Translations under genes and position numbers: made by a program | The notes under the pieces: model-generated | The model's database searches: none | What the model saw: only the letters and a program-made list of their open reading frames with translations | What the model was told of the DNA's origin: nothing | Assembly (NCBI GenBank): GCA_965112735.1 | Contig: OZ218953.1 | Location: 496,001 to 560,000, forward strand | DNA: 64,000 nt | Source of the DNA: Phaeosaccion multiseriatum | Taxonomy: Eukaryota > Protista > Ochrophyta, other classes | Direction of reading: 5' to 3' | Part shown: positions 1-11,139 of the stretch, piece by piece | How the letters are laid out: the number at the start of each line of letters is the position of its first letter | Position numbering within the stretch: the stretch's first letter is position 1

Positions 1-2
1 AG

Positions 3-602
3 AAGCAAGAGCTTCTCGCCTACGTCAAGTCGTATGTCGAGACAGATGCGCGAGCAGAAAGATGGATAGGGGCGCCAGAGCCCGCTGAGACGGCAGAAAA
101 GGGACATGATCCAGTAGCGTCTGCAGATGAAGAGCATGACGCAAAAGAGGACGAAGGGGAAGGAGAGGGCGATGTCAGCCCAACGGCAGCGGATGAAGAG
201 GGGGAAGAGGAGGCCGCAGCGACATCGCCATCCCCCAGGGGGGGAAGGGGGGGGGTGAGCGCTGGTGAGCGAGAGGCTCTGCTCGCAGGCGCCGCAGACG
301 TGGAGAGGACGGAGGGAGATGTGACGGGGGTGGGGAGTGCACGATGGGTCGAGAGCGTCATGAGCAAAGACGGAGGCGAAGACAGTCGGTCGGCGCTGGA
401 GGCGATGCAGGAGGAGGAGGGAACAGGCGTACCGTTGGACGAAGGAGAGGCCAAACAATCAGACGAAGGAGATAGAGGGCAAGAGGAGGACGACGACGTG
501 GCACTAGTCTCGGGTGCCAAGTCTCGAGCGGGCAGAGCGCTGAAGCGCCCCAGGCGGGAGGCGACAACACGAGAGGAGACGAGTGAACGCCCACGGAATT
601 AA
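3..602 (+). CDS. 3' end of an unidentified ORF entering the window (KQELLAYVKSYVETDARAERW followed by an acidic low-complexity tail)
   Basis: Frame 3 is open from position 3 to TAA at 600-602 and includes ORF-track entry 255..602. No family motif recognised. Confidence 0.4.
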   Translation, partial: KQELLAYVKSYVETDARAERWIGAPEPAETAEKGHDPVASADEEHDAKEDEGEGEGDVSPTAADEEGEEEAAATSPSPRGGRGGVSAGEREALLAGAADVERTEGDVTGVGSARWVESVMSKDGGEDSRSALEAMQEEEGTGVPLDEGEAKQSDEGDRGQEEDDDVALVSGAKSRAGRALKRPRREATTREETSERPRN

Positions 603-667
603 GCAGAGAAAGTGGCGCAAAGACAGATGTCGAAATGGAGGATCTTGGAAGGGGGGAAGCGGACTAA

Positions 668-717
668 ACCCTGACGTGGGCCCGACGTCGGCTGGTAGCA
701 GATAGCATACTAGCAGG
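668..717 (+). mobile_element. Degenerate fragment of the MITE family found at 30768-30915 and 31477-31590
   Basis: Shares CCCTGACGTG, GGGCCC, GGCTGG and TAGCAGATAGCAT in the same order as the 30.8 and 31.5 kb copies. Confidence 0.45.
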
Positions 718-1269
718 TAGTATAGTCTCGGTTCGGTACAGTCCCGGGGACGTACACACCGCTGTGTGTTCTTTTGAAAGTCAATGTATTATGTATTATC
801 CAAACCCAACCAGACCCCGCGCCCGCTGTTCTCGGCAACACGCCCCTCTGCCGCCCGGCTCACACACATGCACACGGACGTCCACACGCGTTCTCGGCCA
901 AAGCACGAGCCGTCTAATGTACGTGTCTCGATGACGTCCGATGCCTTTCTTTGCTTCAAGTTCCTAAACTCTTTCTTGAGCTCCGCCTCACCGAGTTAAG
1001 ACCTTTGGAAGAGAGAGGGAGTGAGGGGGGCAGGACAGGGCCAGCGTCAGAGACGGCCCAGCGCCTGCGGAACGGCGAGCGCTGGGTTCTAAAACAGAGA
1101 ATATCCCCACTCACCTGGCTACCCGGCCGCCGTGATTGGCTGGAGATGCTTGTCGTCAAGGCCTCGAGTCCCACCGACTACTAGCGGGGGACCATCAAAA
1201 CATCCACCCTAGCCCCCCCCCGCCCCCGTATGACCACCAACTCCACCCCCTTAGGGAGGAAGAACCTCT

Positions 1270-2826
1270 TCACCTCCACTTCCTCCTCCTCCTCGTCGTC
1301 GTCGTCCTCATCCTTCTCCTCCTCCTCCTCCTCCTCCTCCTCCTCCTCCTCCTCCTCCTCCTCCTCCTCCTCCTCCTCCTCCTCCTCCTCCTCCTCCTCC
1401 TCCTCCTCCTCCTCCTCCTCCTCCTCCTCCTCCTCCTCCTCCTCCTCCTCCTCCTCCTCCTCCTCCTCCTCCTCCTCCTCCTCCTCCTCCTCCTCCTCCT
1501 CCTCCTCCTCCTCCTCCTCCTCCTCCTCCTCCTCCTCCTCCTCCTCCTCCTCCTCCTCCTCCTCCTCCTCCTCCTCCTCCTCCTCCTCCTCCTCCTCCTC
1601 CTCCTCCTCCTCCTCCTCCTCCTCCTCCTCCTCCTCCTCCTCCTCCTCCTCCTCCTCCTCCTCCTCCTCCTCCTCCTCCTCCTCCTCCTCCTCCTCCTCC
1701 TCCTCCTCCTCCTCCTCCTCCTCCTCCTCCTCCTCCTCCTCCTCCTCCTCCTCCTCCTCCTCCTCCTCCTCCTCCTCCTCCTCCTCCTCCTCCTCCTCCT
1801 CCTCCTCCTCCTCCTCCTCCTCCTCCTCCTCCTTCCTCCTCCTCCTTCCCCTCCTCCTCCTCCTCCTTCCTCCTCCTCCTCCTCCTCCTCCTCCTCCTCC
1901 TCCTCCTCCTCCTCCTCCTCCTCCTCCTCCTCCTCCTCCTCCTCCTCCTCCTCCTCCTCTTCCTCCTCCTCCTCCTCCTCCTCCTCCTCCTCCTCCTCCT
2001 CCTCCTCCTCCTCCTCCTCCTCCTCCTCCTCCTCCTCCTCCTCCTCCTCCTCCTCCTCCTCCTCCTCCTCCTCCTCCTCCTCCTCCTCCTCCTCCTCCTC
2101 CTCCTCCTCCTCCTCCTCCTCCTCCTCCTCCTCCTCCTCCTCCTCCTCCTCCTCCTCCTCCTCCTCCTCCTCCTCCTCCTCCTCCTCCTCCCTCCTCCCC
2201 CTCCTCCTTCCCCCCTCCTCCCCCTCCTCCTCCTCCTCCTCCTCCTCCTCCTCCTCCTCCTCCTCCTCCTCCTCCTCCTCCTCCTCCTCCTCCTCCTCCT
2301 CCTCCTCCTCCTCCTCCTCCTCCTCCTCCTCCTCCTCCTCCTCCTCCTCCTCCTCCTCCTTCTCCTCCTCCTCCCCCTCCTTCTCCTTCTCCTCCTCCTT
2401 CCCCCCCCCCTCCTCCTTCCCCTCCTCCCCCTCGTCCTTCCCCTCCTCCTCCTCCTCCTCCTCCTCCTCCTCCTCCTCCTCCTCCTCCTCCTCCTTCTCC
2501 TCCTCCTCCCCCTCCTTCTCCTTCTCCTCCTCCTTCCCCCCCCCCTCCTCCTTCCCCTCCTCCCCCTCGTCCTTCCCCTCCTCCACCCCCTCCTCCTCCT
2601 CCTCCTCGCTCTCCTCCTCCCCCTCCTCCTCCTCCTCCTTCTCCTCGCTCTCCTCGCTCTCCTCCTCCCTTCTACTTGTCTTGCGCTGGTTCCCACCACT
2701 TGAAGAAGACCGGGGAAGCTGACTATACAGTCTCTTGTTCTGCCTTTTCAGCGACTCTTCTTGGCGATACTGTGCGAGTAGCTCCTCCATCGTCTTGATG
2801 ATACGCTTTTCTGCGGTAGGGCCCAT
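1270..2826 (-). CDS. Possible poly-Glu protein (MGPTAEKRIIKTMEELLAQY...), frame broken inside the GAG tract
   Basis: A non-repetitive, protein-like N-terminus runs into E/G/K-rich repeats. The Glu frame resumes after the tract (EEKDEDDDDEEEEEVEVKRFFLPKG), so the frame break is probably a repeat-length or assembly indel. Confidence 0.35.
   Translation of the reverse strand: MGPTAEKRIIKTMEELLAQYRQEESLKRQNKRLYSQLPRSSSSGGNQRKTSRREEESEESEEKEEEEEGEEESEEEEEEGVEEGKDEGEEGKEEGGGKEEEKEKEGEEEEKEEEEEEEEEEEEEEEEEGKDEGEEGKEEGGGKEEEKEKEGEEEEKEEEEEEEEEEEEEEEEEEEEEEEEEEEEEEEEEEEEEEEEEEEEEGEEGGRRRGRREEEEEEEEEEEEEEEEEEEEEEEEEEEEEEEEEEEEEEEEEEEEEEEEEEEEEEEEEEEEEEEEEEEEEEEEEEEEEEEEEEEEEEEEEEEEEEEEEEEEEEEEEEEEGGGGGGEGGGGRRRRRRRRRRRRRRRRRRRRRRRRRRRRRRRRRRRRRRRRRRRRRRRRRRRRRRRRRRRRRRRRRRRRRRRRRRRRRRRRRRRRRRRRRRRRRRRRRRRRRRRRRRRRRRRRRRRRRRRRRRRRRRRRRRRRRRRRRRRRRRRRRRRRRRRRRRRRRRRRRRRRRRRRRRRRRRMRTTTTRRRRKWR
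1318..2660. repeat. Very long (CCT)n/(GAG)n trinucleotide tract with a degenerate, internally duplicated right end
   Basis: Seen directly. There is a phase shift near 1830-1870 and a duplicated block near 2360-2580. Confidence 0.98.
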
Positions 2827-3049
2827 CCTTTTGAAAGAGAGAAGAGAGAAGATTGAAGATTGTGTTCAATAAGGTAGGTGTGTGGTGTGTGAGAGCCGAG
2901 ACGGCCCACGGGGGGGCGGCGGGGGGGTCCCAAGTCTGGGCGCGGCGCTAGAGTGTAAAAGTAAAGCAACTTTCCCCCGCATTATATTATGTCAATAAAG
3001 CCTTCTCGCGGGCCGGGGCCGGGCCGGGGGGCGCCCCCTCTCTCTCTGA

Positions 3050-3570
3050 TCCTTGCCGAGCTTGCTCAAGCACCAGAAGGAAGCGGAGGAGAGAAGTGCT
3101 GCATTTCCCCCTGCACGTTCGGGTGCCTCTGAGGAGGAGGAGAAGGAACAGCAGGCAGAGGCGATGATGGCAGAGGCTTCTTTCGCGCTGCGGCGGTGGA
3201 GCTTGGCCTAAGGGCCAGGTAAGGTGTGGAGGACAAGCCCAAGGCTTCTCCAGATGAGGCCCTCGTTGCAGAGGTGCTTGTCCTATTACTACCTTCGGTG
3301 AAGCGGGTGATATTCTCCTACTTTTTCAATCAGGCCGGCATATTCCTCTCCGTCTGGACCTGTCTGCCTCACTGAAGAAGATCACATTTGGGTATGAGTT
3401 TCTTCAGCACGTGGTCCTTCCTTGTGGTGTGGAGGAGATGGTGATGGGGAGAATGTCCAACCTCCCTCTGGAGCTGCCGGCTATTTCTTTAGTCAGCGCG
3501 TGGACCTGCCTTGTGGTGTGGAGGAGGTGGTGATGGGGTATGCATTTAACCTCCCTCTGGAGCTGCTGCT
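3050..3570 (+). pseudogene. Degraded paralog of the FNIP-repeat gene at 11140-12877
   Basis: Reads GFFRAAAVELGLRAR*GVEDKPKASPDEALVAEVLVLLLPSVKRVIFSYFFNQAG versus GFFRVVSVELGLRTYEDSKDNVKVSADEALVTKVLALLPASVRFVRFSEYFNQAD in the longer copy. It then has two broken LPCGVEE-MG-FNLPLEL repeats with stops and deletions. Confidence 0.85.
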
Positions 3571-3761
3571 GTCTTGTTCTTGTTCTCCCTGTCACTCTCT
3601 CTCTCGCCTCTCTCGTTCCCCGGCCCTCCCTGATGAATCTCCCTCCCCCCTCTCTCCCCTCCCCTGCCCCCCTCTCTCTCTCCCCGTGTCTCTTCCCCTC
3701 CACACTCCCTCTCCTTCTCTCTCTCCCCAATACACTACGTGTCCCCCTCAAACACTTCCAG

Positions 3762-3862
3762 GATCTCAGACAGCTGCTTCCAGAAGTGTGTGGTGAAGAT
3801 CAATGAAGCTGACCTTAGTGTAGGGGAGATGTCCTGCATAGACAAATACATGGAAGGCGCAG
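3762..3862 (+). pseudogene. Isolated pseudo-exon of a small Tim chaperone (Tim10/Tim9, Tim10/DDP family)
   Basis: ISDSCFQKCVVKINEADLSVGEMSCID-KYME has the first CX3C intact and the second CX3C deleted after CID. It is flanked by a pyrimidine tract + AG (3760-61) and GTGAGC (3863). Confidence 0.75.
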
Positions 3863-3961
3863 GTGAGCGAGTAGCGAAGATGGACACAAGTTTCATCAAG
3901 TGCTTTGACTACTTGGCCGTGTCTGTCTGTTGTGAGAAGGGGAAGGACGGGGGGAGGACAA

Positions 3962-4008
<47 letters not shown>

Positions 4009-4900
4009 CTCTCGCGCTCAGCAATGCAGGAGTTAGTTCGAGTGCACGCTGGCTCTGACTGAATGGTTGAATGCCTGCCCCGGCTGGTCTTTTGGGCTCG
4101 ACTTTTGTGCCGTGTTGCCGTATTGCTCGTGTTCAGGGCATCAATGGCCGCGGCTGATCTGCCCCGTCCTGTTTCTGCGTTCCCCTCCTCCCTTCCCTCC
4201 CCCGCTTTCTCTCCTTTTCCCCCTCCTCTCTCTCTCTCTCTGTGCAGAGCCCCTCCACGAAGTGGAGGAAGTGGGCAGAGGGGTTGGACGAACGACACAT
4301 TAGAGCCTCAACAGCCCTTTGTCTTCGTCGCTCACCACCGTCTTTCGGCCGGGACCGTACTTGCCCTCTCCGGTCATTGAGTCAAGTCAATGAAGAGCAG
4401 GGGGGGGGGAAGCCCTGTCTGTCTTCAACCCGCAGGGACCCGCAGGGACGCCGCAAGTTGAAGGCTTTTTCCGAGCAGAGGCACACCGCGGCACTACGGT
4501 CTTTCTGTGGCCGCCTTCCCATCAACAAGGCGGGCGGGGAGCGACACCTTCCTGGTAGATATCACAGACTGAGCACGAAACCATCGGATACGGCGCCCTA
4601 TCTCTCTTCCTTCCTTCCTTCCTTCCTTCCTTCCTTCCTTCCTTCCTTCCTTCCTTCCTTCCTTCCTTCCTTCCTTGTGTTTGGGAGGTGGAAGGGGCTG
4701 ATGCTTCTCACACCCCGGCGTGAAAGTGAGGGAGAGACAGAGCGAGTGGGTGGTGAGTGAGTGAATGGGTGAGTGAGTCATGCAATCTGAATGGGTAAAT
4801 CCCTTGCTCCACCCATCCCCGCCATCTGTCTCTCTACCTCTACTCTCTCCACCTCCACTCTCCCTCTCTTTCTGCCTCTTCTCTCTCTCCCTCCCTCTAG

Positions 4901-5485
4901 ACATGCGGCGAGAAGGGGAGTCTACCAGCGCCTCTGACCCCGTGCTGGAGCTCGGCGCAGACGGTTTCGACCTCTCTGCCAAGCCGGCAGCAGCCGTCGC
5001 CACGGCAAGAAGATTAGCAGCAGTTGGTGATACAAGGAGTCCAAGCGGCGCTGGGCAAGGCGCTGTGTAACCTTGGGATGGGCTTACTTAAGTGTTACAA
5101 GCTTGGAGCGGCTGATGAGGCTCTACTTGATGCACAGCGCTACTTGCAAGCCTCGGTTCACAGGGCAGCGGAAGCACTCAGCAGGGACTTCTTCGTCTTC
5201 GTGTTCGTCTTCGTCTTCTCTGCCTTCTTCTCCCCTGCCTGCTGCTGCTGCTGCCACTGAGACTTTGGCGGCAGCGCTCAGACAGAAACAGGAGACGCTC
5301 CTGCAGGTTAGCGACGATCCTTTTTGCCTCTGCCCTTTTGTTGCCATCGCATCCTATCTCATATCTGCCCCACCCCTTCCTGCCTGCCTGCCTGCCGGTG
5401 GTGGCGACCCAGACGGAGCTGGATATGTGGGATCTGCGAACGCTTGAGTGCTGCAGAAAGCTCAGCGATTGGGCGGGCATGAAGT
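4901..5485 (+). pseudogene. Fragment of a helical/TPR-like gene with a stop and frameshifts
   Basis: AALGKALCNLGMGLLKCYKLGAADEALLDAQRYL is TPR-like. There is an upstream in-frame TAG, frame changes and splice-like boundaries (TAG|4901, CAG|GTTAG near 5307). Confidence 0.4.
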
Positions 5486-6467
5486 GGGTGGGTCTTTGGG
5501 TGTGGGTGGATGGGTGGATGGGGTAGGTTGGAGGATGGGTGGAGGAGTGGGTGGGTAGTCAAGTCAATCATTCAGTCACCGGTACACCTGTGAAAACCCA
5601 ACCTCTGTACCAATCTATATACGCTACTCGCAATGCACCGCTTCTCGCGATGAAAGAGGCACGTTCCCTGCCCATACACCTCTAACCCCCTTCGGTCCAT
5701 GCGCCTCGTTCGAGAATAGGAGGCTTGTGGCCACTACCGTGCGCAGGGTTTCGGGGGAAAGCACTTTGTGTTGCGGTGGGACCTGGAGTCGATCGAGGGA
5801 CGATACAGTGTTGTAACAGCCACGAGGGAGCTTGCGAGCAGAAGCAAAACCATTTCAAGACTGGCTGAGCCACGCATACCTGGTCCACTCTGCGGTCGTT
5901 GTAGAGGCCATTGAGCATCATGGCCCCTGTCTTGATGGAGTGCGATGGGACAGACAGGCGTCCCCAAGCAGCAAATGTCCTTGCCCGTTTCGCGACCGTG
6001 TCGGAGAAGCTCCCGCCACAGCTTAAAAGCTCTTGGATTGTTCGGCGGGGGCCGCTGCTCCCACACGGTCGGTGCTTCCGCGGCCGGCGTGGGTGCCCTC
6101 CTTGTCCACAAGATCCACGTGGTCGGAGAGGAACTTCTTCTCCGTCTCGTTGTTGGCCTTGGAGAGGATAAAAGTCCTTCGCGGTCGTGCGGGTTTGCCC
6201 GGGGCGCATGACGAGCGCAAACTCGTTCAACCCGGGGTGGAGCAGAACTCAGAACTTGAAGGGATTCGGACTTGGGCTCCCCCGTTGGCAGTGGCAGGGG
6301 AGAGAAATGGACATCCCTCTAGATGTCCCTTTTTCTCCAGCAATTGCCCCACTATAGGAGCAGCCACGTCTGCTTCTTTGTTGTTCTGCGGACGAGATCG
6401 AGAAGGGCAGAGGAGTAGCCAGGGGGGTGGAGAGAGCAAACCAGTCCTCGAAGCAATGCATCATGGG

Positions 6468-6589
6468 TGTTGTGATGTTTCTCTCCTAGAGATCAATGTC
6501 GTACTTGCACGGGTTGTGGGAAAGCGTCTTATTAGCTACAATGTTTACGAAAGGAAACTAGACATCAATATCCAGTGTCGACATCGACA
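6468..6589 (-). repeat. Putative 3' LTR (~122 bp) of the copia element
   Basis: On the minus strand a purine-rich AGGCGAAGAAT lies directly before TGTCGA...; the segment ends ...ATCACAACA (TG...CA). No partner LTR is visible in the window. Confidence 0.6.
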
Positions 6590-7720
6590 ATTCTTCGCCT
6601 GGTACTGTCTCTACTACGCATAAAGCTACAATATGGTCCGGGTCACGTGCTTCGTCAAGATATCAGCCAACTGCGCCTTCGAAGCGACGTACTCGAACGC
6701 AAAGAGCTCGTCCTTCACCGCGTCTTGCAGAAAATGAAACCGAACATCAATGTGCTTCATCCTCCGAGTCGATGCATTGCTCTCCTCCAGCTTTATGCAC
6801 CCCATGTTGTCCTCAAAAACAACCGTCGCCGCCGACAAGTCATCAGGGAACAAGAAACTCAATACCTGCCTAATATGTAGCATCTCCTTCACACAGTCGC
6901 TGGCCGCCATGTACGCACTCTCCAGCGAAGACATTGCCACACTCAGCTGCAGTCGCACACCCCAAGTGATAAGGCGCACCTCCGTACATCAAAGCGTAAC
7001 CAGTCGCACTCCTGCATAAGCTTCCAAAACACACTCGCCATTGCCAAACAAAAGGGCGATATCCACAGTACAAGTACTTTGTACCTTTCAGGTAACCAGG
7101 GTTCTTCATATAGTGCGACAGCTCTCGAACCGCATAAGCCTTTCCAATTGGAAATCCACACCATAACGCCCACCACACCGCACCGGGGTATGTGGTGGAC
7201 ATTTTGATGTGGATTTCCAACTGGACAAGGCTTATGCTGTTCGAGAGCTGTCGCAGTAATCCTCCTTGTCAGACATAAAAGCCACGTCAGCTGCAGACGA
7301 AGACACCGGGAGTTGAGAGAAAAACTCGGGCGGAATCCAATCCAGACTTCACAACAAAAACTTGTTGTCCAGCTCTGTGGAGAGCCAGTCCACCACGTCC
7401 TGCTTTCCTCCGCAGGACAAATCATCAACAAATACAAGAAGGTTGCCGATAAGCTCCCCATTCTTCCACAAAGCAAATAAACACGGCTCAGCACCGCGCT
7501 ATTGCCATCCAAGCTCAAGCAGAAGCTTCACCAATGTCTGATATCAGCGTCATAGCGCGCCTTCTTTAAGCACATGACCTTGCCTTGCTTCACATACACC
7601 CCCTCATGCTCTTGAAGAGGTGCGTTGCCTTGCCATCCTGAGCCAGGGACAGAAGCGCACGTAGAGCCATATCCATTCCGCGCCAATGCCAGCTAATGCC
7701 CAGGCTTTGGTGTACTGCTT
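6468..7720 (-). mobile_element. Degenerate, 5'-truncated Ty1/copia LTR retrotransposon (RT + RNase H remnants, PPT, 3' LTR)
   Basis: RNase H: VAMSSLESAYMA...VFEDNMGCI...RMKHIDVRFHFL...QLADILTK (6626-6979). RT remnants: NAPLQEHEGVYVKQGKVMCLKKARY (~7550-7626) and AYAVRELSHYMKNPG...YLKGT. Many frameshifts. Confidence 0.92.
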
Positions 7721-8640
7721 CGTGCAGCGGGGGCAGCCATAGTGCGTCTCTTGCTTGCCTACCTGGAACATCTCGTCGCTGTTGCTGCTCCTTCGTCGCT
7801 GCTGCTGCTCGCTGGCTGGACTGCCTCCTGCTGCGCCGCGTCTGTCCGTCGTACCTCGTCGTCGCTGCTGCTAGCGAGATCAACTACTCCACCCGTATGC
7901 TGCCCCTCCCACGTGCACGAGGTCCTCTGCCCTGGGGCCATGCAGGGAGCCACACTGCCTTCTCGCTCCTCTTGTCCTTCTCCAAGGCCTCACCCGGCGC
8001 TGAAGGGTTGTTCGCTCTCGATGCCGCTCCCGAGTGGCCGAGCGAGCGCTCACCGGCCGAGCCGGCCTTTGTCTTCCCCAGAGAGCTTGGAGAAGTGGGT
8101 CGCGGGCCGCCATCCCCACCCCGGCTCCACTGGTAGGGTCTGCAAAGTCTGGAGGTACCTCCTCCGCCGCTTGACCGTCTGCGGTCGCGAGCAAGATGGG
8201 CGAGGGCGAGGACTTGTTTACCTTCCGTGACGGCAGTGTTGGCGCCAGCAGGGATGGCGCAGACTGGGACGAAGACTGGCAGCCCCTGCCCCCCATAAGG
8301 CCACCGAGAGGGGAGCACCCATGCCTGCTGCTGCGGCCTTGATGCCCGTGTGCAGAGAGGCTAGCAATTTCCCGCCTTTGCTAAACCTTTTCATCTTGTT
8401 CCGATACTTCTGAGAAAAGATACCACGGCATCGTCCACGTCTCTTTGTCGCCGCCGGACTTTCCGTCGTTACATAAATCGGTTCCTCTTCGGCTGACCTC
8501 ACAAGGGCGGCTCGAAGCTTGTCCGTAGACAAAGCTGCGCGAAGCGCCACCCTGCGCACTTTCTTGAGGCCCACCCAGAAGACACAGGAGACCACATACG
8601 AAATGCAAGAAAAAAAAAGCAAGGGCGACCAGTAGAGTGC

Positions 8641-9096
8641 ATGGAGCGCCACCAGGGAAGGGCTGAAGGGCAAGAGCCTATGCGCAGCCTTCTCCCGCAT
8701 CACTACTGCCCTCATCAGCACCACCCTCAGCTACCACAACAAGGGCAACAGCCCGCCTACCAGTCACCACGGCCGGCCCTACAGGTGGTCTCCTACCATC
8801 CACACCACCAGCAAGTGCATGCTGCGCCCGGGCAGCAATGGCTTGATGCCCCGTACTATTTCGATTCCCAGCACCATCCTTATCATCAACACCCTCGGCA
8901 ACATGGGGTGGATGCCGCCGCCGCCGCCACCGCCGCCGCCGCAGCAGCAGCATACTTTACCCAGCAGCAGCAGCGGCGGCAGCAGCAGCTTCAGCAAGCT
9001 CTGCAACAAACACTCCAGCAACATCACCAGCAACAACAGGAGCAACGACAACGACAACAATACCAACAATACCAGCAACAACAACAGCAGCAGCAG

Positions 9097-9153
<57 letters not shown>

Positions 9154-9894
9154 CAGCAGCAGCACCACCACCAACAATTACAACAATATCACCACTACTA
9201 CCACCACCACCACCAAAAACAACAACAACAACAACAACAACAACAGCAACAACAAAAGCAGCAGCAGCAGCACGACCACCACCGGGGGCTGAAGCGGCCT
9301 CTGCCAGCAGCGCCTCACTCGCCTTTGCCGCCTCCTTCGCACAGCTCAATCACGTCCTCCCCCTCCCCCCCTTCCTCCTCATCCTCTGGTGATCGATCAT
9401 CGCGGGAGGGCTCGATCCAGCAGGGCGAGATGCAGCTGAAGAAGAGGCGACTACAGCAGAAGGACTGTGACGACGGAGAGCAAGATGACGACAGTGATTC
9501 AGACTCTTCGCGGTCGTCCGTCTCGTCCTCTCGCCGCTGCCACCACCGTCACTACTCAGAGGTGGATGAGGAGGAGGTCAGCAGCGAGGGCGAGCAGTCA
9601 GCAGCGGAGGACGTTCAAGTGGTGTCCCCACCGGCAGACAGGAGAGCCGTGGTGCAGAAAGGGGCAGCAGCCGAAAAGTACGTCCTCCACCACGACCAGC
9701 ACCACCATCACCACCACCACCACCACCAACGCCGCCCAGCCAGCACGGAAGATGACAGCATGGGAGGCACCACTGGAGACGGGGGGGGCTCCGACGTCGA
9801 TAGCGAGTCTTCACGCAGCGAGGGAAAGGGCAAGGGCAGCAGCCAGAAGAATAGCTGCTCCACGACCGGCCAACAGCAGCAGCGAGGGGGGAGC

Positions 9895-9942
<48 letters not shown>

Positions 9943-10632
9943 CCGGCCCGGGACGAGCAAGAGCTTAACGAGCGCCTGCAAGAGGTGGAAAGGCAGCTGG
10001 AGAAACAAAGCCGGCTGCAGCGGGGAAAGCAGGAGGGGCAGGTGGGCCAGCACAGGACACGGAAGCAACAGCAGCAACAGCAGCAAGAACAACGCGAGCA
10101 CCGCCAAGACTCGAGCAGCAGCTGCTGCAGCGTTGGTCAGCGCGAGGACGACAAGGATGACAGCAAGATGCGCGGCGAGCGCTGGACAAAGGCAGAGCAC
10201 CTCGCATTTATGCGGGGCATGGCCAGGTATGGTCGGGCCTGGAAGAATGTACAGGCCTGCGTACCCACTCGGACGCTGACCCAAGTCCGCACACACGCCT
10301 ACGGCCTCTTTGCCAAGATGGAGCGGGCCAAGAAGAGCAAGGGCAGCAGCCGCGCCCGCAACAGCGTGGGCCTGGCCAGCTTCACCTCTCCCTTCCTTGA
10401 GGCGCTCGCCCAGCAGTCCACGAAGCGCCAGTCCAAGCCCAAGCCCAAGCCCGACCCGCAGCAGTTGGTGATTCAGCAGCAGCAGCAGCAGCAGCAGCAG
10501 CACGAGCAGCAGCACGAGCAGGAGCACGAGCAGGAGCGCTCTTCGCGCGAGGTCTCGGCGGACGTGGCCGATCTTGCTGCGGTCATTTTCAGCCTCAAGC
10601 ACCAGGAGCAGAAGCGACAGCTTCAAATTTAG
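8641..10632 (+). CDS. Intronless Myb-related (single-repeat, SHAQKYF-class) transcription factor with polyQ/polyH/polyS tracts
   Basis: 663-aa ATG ORF. Myb domain at ~10171-10320: GERWTKAEHLAFMRGMARYGRAWKNVQACVPTRTLTQVRTHAYGLF. Confidence 0.88.
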
Positions 10633-11139
10633 TTGTGTAAATATGCAGCACCACAAGTTGTACGTCTGTTCATCAGTACGCAGAGCGCGTTAACTCGTGA
10701 GCCGCAAAAGACACCACACGAAGAAGGAATGAATATAGGCCGTGGTACCAACCCAACCACTTGTTCTTGTTTGTAAACGGAGGCGGCGTAAGTCATTTTC
10801 TCTCTTCTGTCCTGGGATCAGCAGTAATCATCTGTGACTTGATTGGCTGGATTCTACCCGAACCGTTACTTTCTTTTTTACTAAAAACATAGATGGCACT
10901 TAAAGGTGTTCGTTTTTTCCGCGGCAATGTGTGTGAAAGCTTCTTGAAGGGGGGAAGAAAGCTCAGCTGTGGCAGATAACAGAATAACAGCAAAACAGCA
11001 TTGCAGCCAGGAGAGACCCAAGAGAGAAGAGGAATTAGTAGAAGTGGTGGCAGAGGACGGAGAAGGGCAGTCCCAGGGAGCGAGGCCCCAGGACAGGAAG
11101 AAGAGATTCGCCGGGCGGGGGAAGGTCGAGGAGGGAGAA

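Noticed and set aside
1136-2798. Long polyL/polyS/polyP/polyR ORFs
   Set aside because: Stop-free frames produced by the (CCT)n tract; no independent coding evidence.
5682-6440. Possible non-LTR reverse transcriptase fragment
   Set aside because: No RT catalytic or QG-motif could be found; left as an unassigned degraded sequence.
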